This document shows positions 56,001-64,000 of a stretch of 64,000 nucleotides of DNA, piece by piece; the stretch's first letter is position 1; each line of letters begins with the position of its first letter. The notes below the pieces were generated by a model. It did not search any database and was not told the DNA's origin. It saw nothing but the letters and a program-made list of their open reading frames with translations. This DNA comes from an uncultured virus (IMG/VR IMGVR_UViG_3300025326_000019) (lineage: Duplodnaviria; Heunggongvirae; Uroviricota; Caudoviricetes): IMG/VR virus record IMGVR_UViG_3300025326_000019; one strand, given 5' to 3'. A program made the translations under genes and the position numbers.

Positions 56001-57961
56001 CAGAAAACGCGCAAGCTATCCAGGCAGCGGCAGCAGCCTACCTTGCGGCAGCGGATGATATACGACAAGCCGCGTACAATACCGCTGATGCTCTTGATCA
56101 ACTTGCTGAGGACCTCAGAGCCGTCAGCGAATCCATTGCAGACCAGATTGCTGAATTGCAACAAGCCTACTTTCCACCTAGCGCAGAAGAGGCGCTTGCG
56201 TCAACGCAGGATGACTTCAACCAAGCTCGACAAGCGTTCTTTGGTGGGCCTGGGGAGGGTATGCAGGCCCAAACCATAGAAAATGCGCAGGCTATCCAAG
56301 CATCGGCCTCAGCATATCTTGCGGCAGCGGATGCCATTCGGCAGGCAGCCTATAAAGCTGCGGACGCGCTGGATCAAGCTGCTGAGGAATTTCAAGCTGC
56401 CAGCGCATCTATCGCAGAGCAGATCTCCGCATTACAGCAAACATATTTTCCGCCGAGTGACACGCAAGCACTTGCATCTGCGCAGGCAGCATTTGATGTG
56501 GCAAAGGGAGCCTTCTTTGGCGGACCCGGAGAAGGCATGCAGGTACAAACCCCTCAGAGTGCACAAGCTATTCAAGCTGCAGCATCGTCATATCTTGCGG
56601 CGGCCAGTGCGGCAGACAAGAAGCGCTGGGCTGATGAACAGGCTCTGAAAAAGGCCATGGGGCAGGACGAAGAAACCCTCATTAATAATCGATACGATGC
56701 TGAACGGGAACGGATCAATGCAAAATATGATCTCGAACGGGAACGTATCCAGAAAATTCTCTCATCGATCCAAGAATTAAAGCAAGTCAGTGAAGCTCTC
56801 GAGAAACAGATTCTTGGATTGAAGCTATCTAATTTTGGTTCGACGAATCCGTCCGATCAGTTTCAGCTTGCACAGCAAACCTATGAAGATGCGCTGGCTG
56901 CGTTCAATGCCGATCCTACCGCGAAAAATGCCCAGGCTGTCCAGGCTGCTGTTGACGCCATGTTGCAGAAAGCCGCCGATTTATATACGCGACCGTCGAC
57001 AGCATTTCGCGCAATATTTGATCAAACAATCAAAGACCTTGAGGCAGTCAAAGCTCGCGTCGACAAGGAAGCTGATCTCGCAAGTTTGCTTGCAGACGGG
57101 AATGCGCTTGCAGCGCTGACAGCGAAACACACCGCAGATCTCAAAGCACTGGCAGAACAGCAACGCATCGAGTTAGCCGCAGCACTTGCCAATGCTACGT
57201 ACAAGCCCTCACCGGAATTCACAAAAATCTTTGATGACACCATCGCAACCCTTACGGCTGTCCAGGCTATCATAGATGAACAGGCAGCGGCGGCAGCGGC
57301 GGCAGCAGCAGCAACCCGCGCGGCGGCGGATGCCGCGTTCCTGGCTGTCTTTACGTCCACCATTGCCACCCTTACCGCTGTCCAGGTCATCATAGACGAT
57401 CAAGCTCGAGCCAATGCTGCGACAGCAGCAGCGACCCGTGCAGCTGCGGATGCTGCGTTTCAAGCCATCTTTAATACAACCATTGCCGCACTTGAAGCCG
57501 TCGGAGTGTCTCTCCACGCGCAGGCAGCAGAAATCACTGATGTCTTAGGTGAAATTCTTGGGATCGGTAATACGATTGCCGATCTGACCGCACACAATAC
57601 GACTGCGATGGCTGACGACATGGCAGAACTTCTCGCGTTAGTGCGTGCGCGTTTCATTGCGCTTGGATTTGAACCACCGCCACCGGAAACCCCGAGCGCT
57701 CAGCACGGTGCATGGTATACCGCAGGGGGCCTGTATCGACTTCACGAAGGTGAAATGGTCTTGCCTCCGGCTGTGGCCGCATCCATACGGCAGAGTGGCG
57801 GTGGGGGCGGAGGGATTACACTTATGATTTCCCCTGGGGCCATTGTCGTGACCGGAACCTCGGATCCTATCGAAGTAGGCAAGTCAGTCGTCAAGGAAGT
57901 CGAGTCGAGCATTCGTACTGGGCGCTTGGGACATGTCATTGCGCAGCGAGTAGGCAAATGA
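50054..57961 (+). CDS. tape measure protein (2635 aa)
   Basis: Ala/Gln helical; TP901-like core (NVAPVAAVANISLNET...SRAGTGFRAL); Gly-rich hydrophobic region; C-terminal LHEGEMVLP. Confidence 0.92.
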   Translation: MADQATDLLLTIGADTTALRQQIALLSQELGVAIQPIKLRVEATGVKEVEQGLTGAQVAASKVTAELNDVQKALDRNAAATVRWQAEFAAGTQRAGRIQSAAIAENETLTRKLGVTQIQSGLEYEALLRKLGVTQIRAATEYEAAVRKLGVAQVQGYAENARLEQQQQLQRIRNIEALKVQLAQLQKLQASINLPAGFTSQITTLQGAQATLQAGGIIDPVVLARLKTQTSEFRREIETLNPKIAQADSFLSTFFGRFGRYIQIAGQLTLVYGAFRAVTSEITEFIAVDKILHQIAATMDQSANRAEVLRQSWALMVQANQAFGTSFSEAGKVVFELQKALNNSAEQIQGAFIPALALASLGEGNQTEIIRALIGLYKIFGDTLGNTTPQEKYLAISDKLIAAAASSIQDIDGFRTALQNVAPVAAVANISLNETLAGLILLTNGLQSASRAGTGFRALIVDLQTRGPQIAQALKIPFDIDAPLDAMKLLDRVIAKLKETGATSLQTQLAINAAFPDKRAALALEAFVKTWGDYGNALNDVTNSAGKTGVVVKELSETVSAAFGRLSGALFKGFADSLDVLFNVKPGDTAGLVQAIDAVTGAIKLLSGDAVTAITILKQLLELVPRIPKLPGEGPGRTGAETIRRFVGQVIPGLGLAQGLADIKAANDAQVIANQLASEQQYLLAAGVGDSLKSNAILAQRTELTAELNKRLAELHSIAQANLAVSDQTLSFDARLAAAEFLITKRRQERIQAENDFRQLDLPKAEQGSIDTAGAKVIATLEAENRAIKQRLELKKQVNDADIAFSQQQAKSAEDARKALEAFDNLLASQQGKLKDLTASEKFAADDMAKLLSTLNDLQFKAISPEEFAARNAAVTAFGIALQRNLIEPLLQITRSDQENALENLFAAMLKAGREADNLRSKLGPGATSGITGGVLPTGIAVQTRLTERDLGLDKMRDALNQLGAQSSNIFEQMILDTAAAGKGFTSFAALVEASAHAAAIAESMLEDAATPVTEAEQKATKAALDRADALAILVTVIQKLVPETKALQNAEITDATRQTTNALRDAVAAFGQVGAETQKYTLARVSLKRSYDDLLPAEKAEIDALARLQERLQILSALDAGTKTAIDDLKLLTANFGLSDEAAARNTLAIKLTHKTYTELAEAAQDSSDELVEFIATQAKLTVEAKRVNDVLALQAIGFSKLAAEAIVAQNSINAIKFKALDDAIVQLEAANTSTQKFAEKWSELQVQLAQQTGNPFAFFLASMDAAGVKAGDFWENLRTLAEDTAKQMSSSLSDFFFAKFTGQLTTAKELFKAFTDSILRSISNFLAQAVVSQFLSLLGSVGSAVFGTGGSAAASAASAVGGTGLGGISSSALAALGLSVGGSALIAGNALGIPGLSSAGGVGSLVGGLSAVVQAVTANTSAITAATAGTANFTTVMGLQINAQAAQTAGLSGLGSLQGIGGLAGIAGGLLGLFGGGGLQVQSASSLLGLLGTGIGLAGAVGAGGLGAAAAGAGAGLAGAGAAAAAFAPYIAAVVAAVFGIMNSFQTSTAAGWAALTPAQQTGTVIGASIGNPLLAPFALSGIIPARYASFIDPIGGWIGGLLGGLFGGAPRLTHAQREALEANRAISAANVFNQNIAASMTPTQLFSTLVAQQSQSVGGTASTAISVGIRRPMTIDELRALVAAGDILLPTGKTVEEVIATWSNMFAPGASTTFGVGLQNAAQPVWTQQGFFRQAALDPTSVFSGIQAGVTPGLITPANQAVVTTILNQITNIKTLSTAINQAIADIFAGTGPTPPIKLTDHLRTQAKDFRTVLDQLIQDNADEQARITGLLETETNPGKVLEYTVQIRDLIQARYDDEIKLVKQFAGALDELAANFVKVAKAVDDQIAALQEQYFPLDPSSPEAATKRQATLFDAQKIFSSAVKDFFGGATKPSITSLGFGSVVPPTSEIMTPGVGIAATRFGPITPGFTVGPGGTPTPENAQAIQAAAAAYLAAADDIRQAAYNTADALDQLAEDLRAVSESIADQIAELQQAYFPPSAEEALASTQDDFNQARQAFFGGPGEGMQAQTIENAQAIQASASAYLAAADAIRQAAYKAADALDQAAEEFQAASASIAEQISALQQTYFPPSDTQALASAQAAFDVAKGAFFGGPGEGMQVQTPQSAQAIQAAASSYLAAASAADKKRWADEQALKKAMGQDEETLINNRYDAERERINAKYDLERERIQKILSSIQELKQVSEALEKQILGLKLSNFGSTNPSDQFQLAQQTYEDALAAFNADPTAKNAQAVQAAVDAMLQKAADLYTRPSTAFRAIFDQTIKDLEAVKARVDKEADLASLLADGNALAALTAKHTADLKALAEQQRIELAAALANATYKPSPEFTKIFDDTIATLTAVQAIIDEQAAAAAAAAAATRAAADAAFLAVFTSTIATLTAVQVIIDDQARANAATAAATRAAADAAFQAIFNTTIAALEAVGVSLHAQAAEITDVLGEILGIGNTIADLTAHNTTAMADDMAELLALVRARFIALGFEPPPPETPSAQHGAWYTAGGLYRLHEGEMVLPPAVAASIRQSGGGGGGITLMISPGAIVVTGTSDPIEVGKSVVKEVESSIRTGRLGHVIAQRVGK
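55710..56620 (+). repeat. three ~92-aa repeats in the tape measure (first copy has an insertion)
   Basis: QI..LQ..YFP....FFGG....AQAIQA.A..YLAAA; 276-nt period between copies 2 and 3. Confidence 0.85.
57227..57500 (+). repeat. 40-aa (120-nt) tandem repeats in the tape measure
   Basis: F..TIATLTAVQ.IID.QA....A.AAATRAAADAAF. Confidence 0.85.
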
Positions 57962-58758
57962 GAAGCTACCCGACGTATCTGTCGTTGCTCAATTACGTAG
58001 CGACGGCTGCGATTACCACGACTGATCCCAATGGTAGTGCGACGGCAGACTATATACGATCTCCAGGGCGTCCGTTCCTTCCGTGGCGAACGGGTGCGCT
58101 GGGTGCGCAAAACATCGTGATCAATTTCGGCAGTACGAAGTCTGTCAAGCTGCTACTCCTTGTTCGGACAAACTTTACAACCGCGAATATTCAAGGTCAT
58201 CCATCCGATTCCTGGGGAGCCCCGGCGTTTGATCAAGCCATTACGATCAGCCGGAACCCGTGGAATTATCGCTATCAATGGGGCATGCGAGTGGTCGGAT
58301 TCAGCTATCAGTACATGCGTATTTCTATCCCGAGCCAATCGACTACGGATGGGAGTACTGGATACCTTCTTGGAGGAGTGTGGGCAGGCGATGAACTCCG
58401 TATCCCGCGACAATTCCGCTTTGACTACGATGCTGAGACGGTGGAACCGCTCGTGGATATGATTCCACCGCACCAGGGTTGGCGGCAACGGCTCATCATG
58501 GGCGAACCGATGGCGCGATTTACGTTTTCCAGGATTGCGACGATCGATCAGTTCACGCCAGGGTACGCGGATCAATTGCTCGCGTGGAAGGATATCGATC
58601 GGCAGATCCGTGAGAATGATATCTGCGCCCTTCTGCTGACCACGCAAGATCCTGCACAGGCCTTCGTCGTCCGGCCCACTGGAGATAACAAGTGGCGGCG
58701 GAACAAATATACGATGGCGGAGCATCAAATATCGCTCGAGGAAGTTATTGGGCCATGA
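57958..58758 (+). CDS. distal tail / baseplate protein (putative)
   Basis: Immediately after the tape measure; ATGA overlap. Confidence 0.6.
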   Translation: MRSYPTYLSLLNYVATAAITTTDPNGSATADYIRSPGRPFLPWRTGALGAQNIVINFGSTKSVKLLLLVRTNFTTANIQGHPSDSWGAPAFDQAITISRNPWNYRYQWGMRVVGFSYQYMRISIPSQSTTDGSTGYLLGGVWAGDELRIPRQFRFDYDAETVEPLVDMIPPHQGWRQRLIMGEPMARFTFSRIATIDQFTPGYADQLLAWKDIDRQIRENDICALLLTTQDPAQAFVVRPTGDNKWRRNKYTMAEHQISLEEVIGP

Positions 58759-58782
58759 TATGCCATTTGAGGAGGCTGACTA

Positions 58783-59460
58783 ATGTTTGTCAATCCTAAT
58801 ACTGAGATCATCTCCTGCATGTCGTGTGGGATCTCTCACGCCTTACCTGTGGAGATTCGACAGCGTCTTGCGTCTGCACAAGGTTTCGCCGACCGTCATC
58901 TCGAGCATTCACTCACCTTTGGACGCATTGCCCCGCCAGGCGTCCATGCGCAGTACGGCGTCGCGTGGAACAGTGACGTCAAGATTGCCTTGCAAGCCGT
59001 GCAGACCATGACGGTCACAAATCTGCATTCGCTGGCCAATTCTGCTACGGCAGGTTGGCAGAGTGCTGTGGTTGATAATACCTCGAACTTATTTCTCGAA
59101 TCCCTCGTACAGGTCGTGCTGGATTTTGCCAACACCGCTCCAGCGAATTCCAAGGCTGCGTTTGTCTTTGCCTATGGAGGGATTGAAACAGGGGTATACA
59201 GCAATCCGGCAAGTGGGACAGAAGGCGCGCTCACGCTCGTCGATGTGGATAGCAATGCACAGAATCTTCGGCTGATTGGCACGATGCCGTATACCACGGC
59301 TGATGAAGTCGTTGAATCTTCGCCAATGAGCGTTGCGGCTGCGTTCGGAGGCTTATTGCCTCCGTTTTGGGGCCTAGCCATCATGAACCGGTCGGGCGCT
59401 GCCCTTGCAGGGAGCGGTAATACGGTGAAACATCGCGGACTCTATACGACAATTATCTAG
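58783..59460 (+). CDS. structural protein, paralog of 4191..4637 with an N-terminal Cys/His extension
   Basis: LHSLAN....GWQSAVVDNTSNL; NRSGAALAGSGNTV. Confidence 0.65.
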   Translation: MFVNPNTEIISCMSCGISHALPVEIRQRLASAQGFADRHLEHSLTFGRIAPPGVHAQYGVAWNSDVKIALQAVQTMTVTNLHSLANSATAGWQSAVVDNTSNLFLESLVQVVLDFANTAPANSKAAFVFAYGGIETGVYSNPASGTEGALTLVDVDSNAQNLRLIGTMPYTTADEVVESSPMSVAAAFGGLLPPFWGLAIMNRSGAALAGSGNTVKHRGLYTTII

Positions 59461-59480
59461 ATTACCCGGTGACTTAAGCC

Positions 59481-62400
59481 GTGCTCGTTATCGGAAGCAA
59501 GCGTTGGACTGAGAAACCCCCACTCGGTATTGGGCTGAATCACAGCCTTCCCGCGGGAACACTCGGCCTGTGGCTCATGAATGAAGGTCTTGGTATTCGC
59601 AATATCCTACGCGAGGAATTTGGGGCTGTCACAGGCACACGAACCGCTGGCGTAGGTTCTCGCGGCACAATGCTGTCTCACACAGCAACGACTGCTCGAT
59701 CTGATCTGTTCGCTGCAGCTATTGCAGCGAGTATCGTTCCTACGCAAGAGATTACGGTGTGTCTCGGTTATGAAAAACGAGATGCCACGCTTCGTAATAG
59801 TGGTGCGTTCGGTACTGGTAGTACCAATGCAGAACGGTGTGGCGTTCATCTTCCGTATACGGATGGCAAGGTCTATTGGGATTTCGGCGGTGTTGTCGAA
59901 GGTACCACGCGGCTGAGTATCGCTGGACTGACTACCTCTGATTATCATACCTGGGCATTCACCAGCGGGCCGCGTGGTATGGAAATCTGGCAGGATAGCA
60001 TACTCCGCGCAGCCAATAGCAGTAATCCTACGAGGACGGCTTCAGCTTCAGCGTTTCGGTTGGGCATTCACCCAACTGGAAGTACCAGTGATCTCGCAAA
60101 TTATTATTGGGTCTGGATCCACCGTTCACAAATGCCGGTACAAGTTTTACAGGATATTCTGCTTGATCCATACAACACGCTGTGCGCTCCTAAATCTCTA
60201 TCGAAAAGGTTTTTCACGCCGAATATTGTAGTACCAGGCATATCTGTATTTGATGACGTACTTGGTACGGAAGACATCAGTTTAACATTGGCTGCTCAGG
60301 GTGAGATAAAAACTCACGATGATGATGATGTCGTAGACAACGCGGACGTATCTGTATCTCTCGCCCTATTGGTAGTGGACTCGAATATCTCTACAGATGA
60401 CGTACAAATAGCGACAGCCACGGTATTGTTGTTTACATCGGACGATATTGTTACCACAGAATCCGTGGCATTTGGAACAGCCGTTATCGGCACCTCGATT
60501 ACTGCAGCCGATATAGCAAGTATAACAGATGTCGCATCCGTTCAACTACCGGCTGTCCCTGTAGGTCCAGCTGTTCTCCTGATCGATGTTCCGACGATCA
60601 CGGAATCCGTTGCTCTTGCCTTCAATCCAGGAACACCCTACGCATTAGATACTATTGATGTCACGGATTCAGTAACGCTGGCATTCTCCAATCTTCAGAT
60701 TGATGTGTTTGATGATGCCAACACGACTGAAAGCTGGCAAGTCTTTGCCCTCACGCTCCAGGATACACAGGGCGGCACAGGTGGCGGAGCACCCACTGCA
60801 GTCTGGCGACCTGTCTGGCTCATTGATATGTCGCAAATCACCATTATCCCAGCACCGTATACGTCTGCTGAACTCAAATTCTCCAACGTCGATATCGAAC
60901 AGTATCCGCCCTATAACGGTCGCATCCTTGATGATCCGATCATTGATCGTCAACTCATGGATACATTTTGGGGGTTCACGCAGGTCTCGACCGTCTCGTT
61001 CTCGCTGGCGAATGCCGATGGATATCTCACGAATCTGTTTACACACAATCTCCGTGACCAGCCGATTACCATCCAGCGATATGATATTGCCTCCGGTGTG
61101 ACGGTTGAGGCTCTCTGGGCCAAGATTAGCAGTGTTGCGTTGGGCGACGGTGAAATTATTATTACCGCAGAAAGTCCAGCGCTCGAACTTTTCGAGCAGG
61201 AGATACCAAAGAAAGACGTTAACATCCGAGATTTCCCGTGGTCTGTCGGCGGTCCAGACGTCGGCAAAGTGATTCCCGTTGTCTTTGGCGATGCGAAAGC
61301 GGTTCCCATGGTGTACGTGTACGACGGCGTGACAGAGAACATTTATGAATATGTCCTTGCTGGGAATCTAACGATCAATGCGCTCTACCGCAATAAACCA
61401 GACGGATCACTTGAACTGATAGAGACCTCAGAATATCTGATCTCGACGGATCGGTACCCCGGGAATACATGTGTGCGTTTCCCGATCAGGCAACGGGATT
61501 TTAGCAATAACTTTCATCAGATCTATGCTGACGCATCCTCGAGTAGCCGGAACTTTGCTGATGCCATTGAGGAAGTCATTACCAATAGTGAATGGGGACT
61601 CAATCACCTCGTTGACCTTATTTCGTTCGGTGATGTTGCGCAGGCGCTCGAAGATCTTGGATTACTGTGTGATGGATTCCTGAATACGAAACTCCAAGCC
61701 CAAGCTGTGCTGAATAGCCTTATGATTGTACGCGGAATGCGTCTGGGATTCAATGCCTCCGGACTCATTACCCTGGCAGCAGATACCGCACCAGCCGTCA
61801 TTTCAATGCAGATCCGCGACGGGACTGGTGATGGAGAGCGAAATATTCTGAAAGCCGGGAAAAAGGCTATCGTTGATTCGAAGAATGCGATCTCGACCTA
61901 TATCGTCAATTATCGTCTTGATGGGACAAAGGATACCTATCTCTCCAAACAGACACGCGTGGTCACCGGCATTGGAAAAGAGAAATCTCTCGACGCCCCA
62001 TTTATTTGGGATCACGTCACGGCGGATAAGGTCACAGACTACTTGGCGAAGCGCGAATTCTATGGCCAAGTTACATGTGATTTTGAAGTCACTCAGGAAG
62101 CACGCCGCCTCATTGAGGGAAATCTTGTTCGCGTATTCTATACCCCGTGTGGCTATGCTAACGACATCGTTGAGATTCGCCAGGTACAGAAACGGCGAGA
62201 AAGCATCCAAGTGGTAGTCGTCGGCTGGGATCAATCGATCTACGTGTATACACCAGGAGTACTCCCGATTGATACACCACCTGGTACGCCACCTGGCAGT
62301 CCGCCGCCGGCACCGCCGCCTGGTACTGGACCACCTCCAGGTACATGGAATCCTCCACCGCCGCCAGGAGGGACACCGCCAGGAGGTACACCATTCGGCA

Positions 62401-63170
62401 GCATCGCTATTCCACGTCCTGGTGGCCTTGAAATTCCAGGGCAACGTCTTGACCAGGAATTTGTCGGCTGCGATGTTATCTTGCACTGGCACGCGAACTC
62501 AGAACTCTTTTTCACTAGTCAAGATGAGGAAAACCTGACTGGTTCAACGGTTGCCGGGTACTGGGTCACGGTGATTGTCAACGACGTTACCGTGCGAGAG
62601 GAATTCGTCAAGATTGCCGCGTACGAATACACGATTTTCAAGAACATGACTGACAATCCACCGTTTGGTGCGCGCATAATCACGTTCAAGATTCAAACTC
62701 AATCCCTCACCAATCGCCTCGGCGAACCGAACTATATTACGGTCTTTAATCTCGAGGAAGATCTCACGCCACGGTGGGCGGCGGTCTACGACGATCTTAG
62801 TGTAACGGATAGTGTCGCCTTCGCATTTGGCTTTGCAACAGGAAATGTGTTCGATGACAATCCGGTGACCGAACTCGTCGATGTGATAATCCAGGGGCGG
62901 CAAGCCATTGCACGAGACTACCAAGACGTCTGGGACTACGTCACGGTACAGATCAACGCGTGCTTCATCAACGTCACGGATTATATCGCGGAATACGACG
63001 TGGTTGAGCGCATTGAGTCAACCGGCCTTTCGATCTTTGTCGCTGAAGACATTCAGTCGGACGATATTGCAGCGATCAGTAGCAATGTCATTACTGTTTC
63101 TGACGACATTAACCTTACTTTCAATCCAGAAGGACAGACATTTGAAAAGGTTACAATAGTTAGGGGGTAA
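59481..63170 (+). CDS. multidomain tail tip protein: LamG-like domain + Asp/Val repeats + hub-like domain + Pro-rich linker + Asp/Val repeats
   Basis: KPP...LWLMNEG; GKVIPVVFG; PPGTPPG tract at about 62270-62400. Confidence 0.75.
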   Translation: MLVIGSKRWTEKPPLGIGLNHSLPAGTLGLWLMNEGLGIRNILREEFGAVTGTRTAGVGSRGTMLSHTATTARSDLFAAAIAASIVPTQEITVCLGYEKRDATLRNSGAFGTGSTNAERCGVHLPYTDGKVYWDFGGVVEGTTRLSIAGLTTSDYHTWAFTSGPRGMEIWQDSILRAANSSNPTRTASASAFRLGIHPTGSTSDLANYYWVWIHRSQMPVQVLQDILLDPYNTLCAPKSLSKRFFTPNIVVPGISVFDDVLGTEDISLTLAAQGEIKTHDDDDVVDNADVSVSLALLVVDSNISTDDVQIATATVLLFTSDDIVTTESVAFGTAVIGTSITAADIASITDVASVQLPAVPVGPAVLLIDVPTITESVALAFNPGTPYALDTIDVTDSVTLAFSNLQIDVFDDANTTESWQVFALTLQDTQGGTGGGAPTAVWRPVWLIDMSQITIIPAPYTSAELKFSNVDIEQYPPYNGRILDDPIIDRQLMDTFWGFTQVSTVSFSLANADGYLTNLFTHNLRDQPITIQRYDIASGVTVEALWAKISSVALGDGEIIITAESPALELFEQEIPKKDVNIRDFPWSVGGPDVGKVIPVVFGDAKAVPMVYVYDGVTENIYEYVLAGNLTINALYRNKPDGSLELIETSEYLISTDRYPGNTCVRFPIRQRDFSNNFHQIYADASSSSRNFADAIEEVITNSEWGLNHLVDLISFGDVAQALEDLGLLCDGFLNTKLQAQAVLNSLMIVRGMRLGFNASGLITLAADTAPAVISMQIRDGTGDGERNILKAGKKAIVDSKNAISTYIVNYRLDGTKDTYLSKQTRVVTGIGKEKSLDAPFIWDHVTADKVTDYLAKREFYGQVTCDFEVTQEARRLIEGNLVRVFYTPCGYANDIVEIRQVQKRRESIQVVVVGWDQSIYVYTPGVLPIDTPPGTPPGSPPPAPPPGTGPPPGTWNPPPPPGGTPPGGTPFGSIAIPRPGGLEIPGQRLDQEFVGCDVILHWHANSELFFTSQDEENLTGSTVAGYWVTVIVNDVTVREEFVKIAAYEYTIFKNMTDNPPFGARIITFKIQTQSLTNRLGEPNYITVFNLEEDLTPRWAAVYDDLSVTDSVAFAFGFATGNVFDDNPVTELVDVIIQGRQAIARDYQDVWDYVTVQINACFINVTDYIAEYDVVERIESTGLSIFVAEDIQSDDIAAISSNVITVSDDINLTFNPEGQTFEKVTIVRG

Positions 63171-63175
63171 TAAGC

Positions 63176-63475
63176 ATGTCCAACCCACGAATGGACGTAC
63201 TTAGACACCGGAAAGATAATATGAATTTCCTCAAGGCTCTCGTCTTGTCTGACATTCCAGCAGAATTGCCGGAAATTCAGAAACTTCGGATGAAGATATC
63301 AGCCGCACGCGCATTGTTTCTCGCTATGGAAACCGCCCTGACGTCGCTCCACGAACGAGAGATACCACGGTCCATGCGTACGGTAGATCCTAATGCCCAT
63401 CTCGTGCACATCGAAAGCCGTGCATTGGTTGAGGTTGCGCTCCAACTGATTACGCACGCGAAGACGACTTTGTGA
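63176..63475 (+). CDS. hypothetical protein
   Basis: Operon continuity. Confidence 0.5.
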   Translation: MSNPRMDVLRHRKDNMNFLKALVLSDIPAELPEIQKLRMKISAARALFLAMETALTSLHEREIPRSMRTVDPNAHLVHIESRALVEVALQLITHAKTTL

Positions 63476-63482
63476 GGACCGA

Positions 63483-64000
63483 ATGTCCATCGTAGTATCA
63501 GATGTATCCGCAATCGGTGAAGCGTTGGCGATCGCTTTGCAAACACCGCTTGCCATTGATTGGGCACTTGCTGCTACGATTCCTGGACACGATACCGCAT
63601 CGGGAATCAGTAATATCGGTGGAGGACGTATGGTTGCGGTGGTTGGCGCTACGTATAGCCTTCCGTTCTCTTCCTTAAAACGCGGTGAAGTCTGGGCTTC
63701 CAATGATGACGGTAAACCAGGCTCCTGGCAGCGCACTTCAGGCTTAGCTATGTTTTCGGAACTTGGGGTTTCCGGAGAGGATGTGTTTAGTATGGGCGCT
63801 GGGTTACTGTGTTACAAGCCAAGTGACTGGCTGCATGCTGAAGACGGAAAAGGTCCTTCTTCCGGCGATGCCGGCGGTATCATTCGGGCTCATCAAAATC
63901 GTGACGTCGGACCTGGAACGCCGATTTTCTTATTGACCGGGTGGTCACAATTTGGCCGGCCTAGCATGAACGGACGGAGGGATGTGGCAACGCGGAAATT
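63483..64000 (+). CDS. 3'-truncated protein with an Asp-box (BNR)-like motif (not in the ORF track)
   Basis: GAGG RBS; frame open to the window end; VWASNDDGKPGSW. Confidence 0.6.
   Translation, partial: MSIVVSDVSAIGEALAIALQTPLAIDWALAATIPGHDTASGISNIGGGRMVAVVGATYSLPFSSLKRGEVWASNDDGKPGSWQRTSGLAMFSELGVSGEDVFSMGAGLLCYKPSDWLHAEDGKGPSSGDAGGIIRAHQNRDVGPGTPIFLLTGWSQFGRPSMNGRRDVATRK

Noticed and set aside
1..64000. CRISPR array, tRNA/rRNA, integrase, tail sheath, endolysin
   Set aside because: None was recognisable by eye; prophage versus free phage and host identity cannot be determined from this window

Overview
The window is a co-oriented (+ strand) virion-morphogenesis region of a large tailed dsDNA phage or prophage with siphovirus-type architecture: tail tube, frameshifted tail chaperone, 2635-aa tape measure, and no sheath seen. 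Gene order: small hypotheticals; fibre/lectin/repeat proteins (3.7-15.4 kb); intein-containing terminase large subunit; portal; a ~13-kb glycan-biosynthesis block; protease/scaffold; decoration protein; major capsid; GT4-GT9 fusion; neck; tail; tail tip. Five things stand out. (1) Three ORF-less group I introns that the ORF track misses. Two lie in tandem around a 36-nt micro-exon in one gene, and one splits the tail tube gene. All three have covarying cores and give clean spliced proteins. The 3' tail of the first intron is complementary to the micro-exon. (2) A large putative virion-glycosylation system: 9 glycosyltransferase genes, a nucleotide-sugar 4,6-dehydratase and 4 methyltransferases. 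(3) Seven free-standing homing-endonuclease-like genes (one decayed) plus an intein. (4) An acidic Asp/Val beta-type repeat shared by several structural proteins. (5) Small ORFs flanked by exact direct repeats that duplicate the start region. All functional calls come from motifs and synteny read by eye; no database search or folding program was run.
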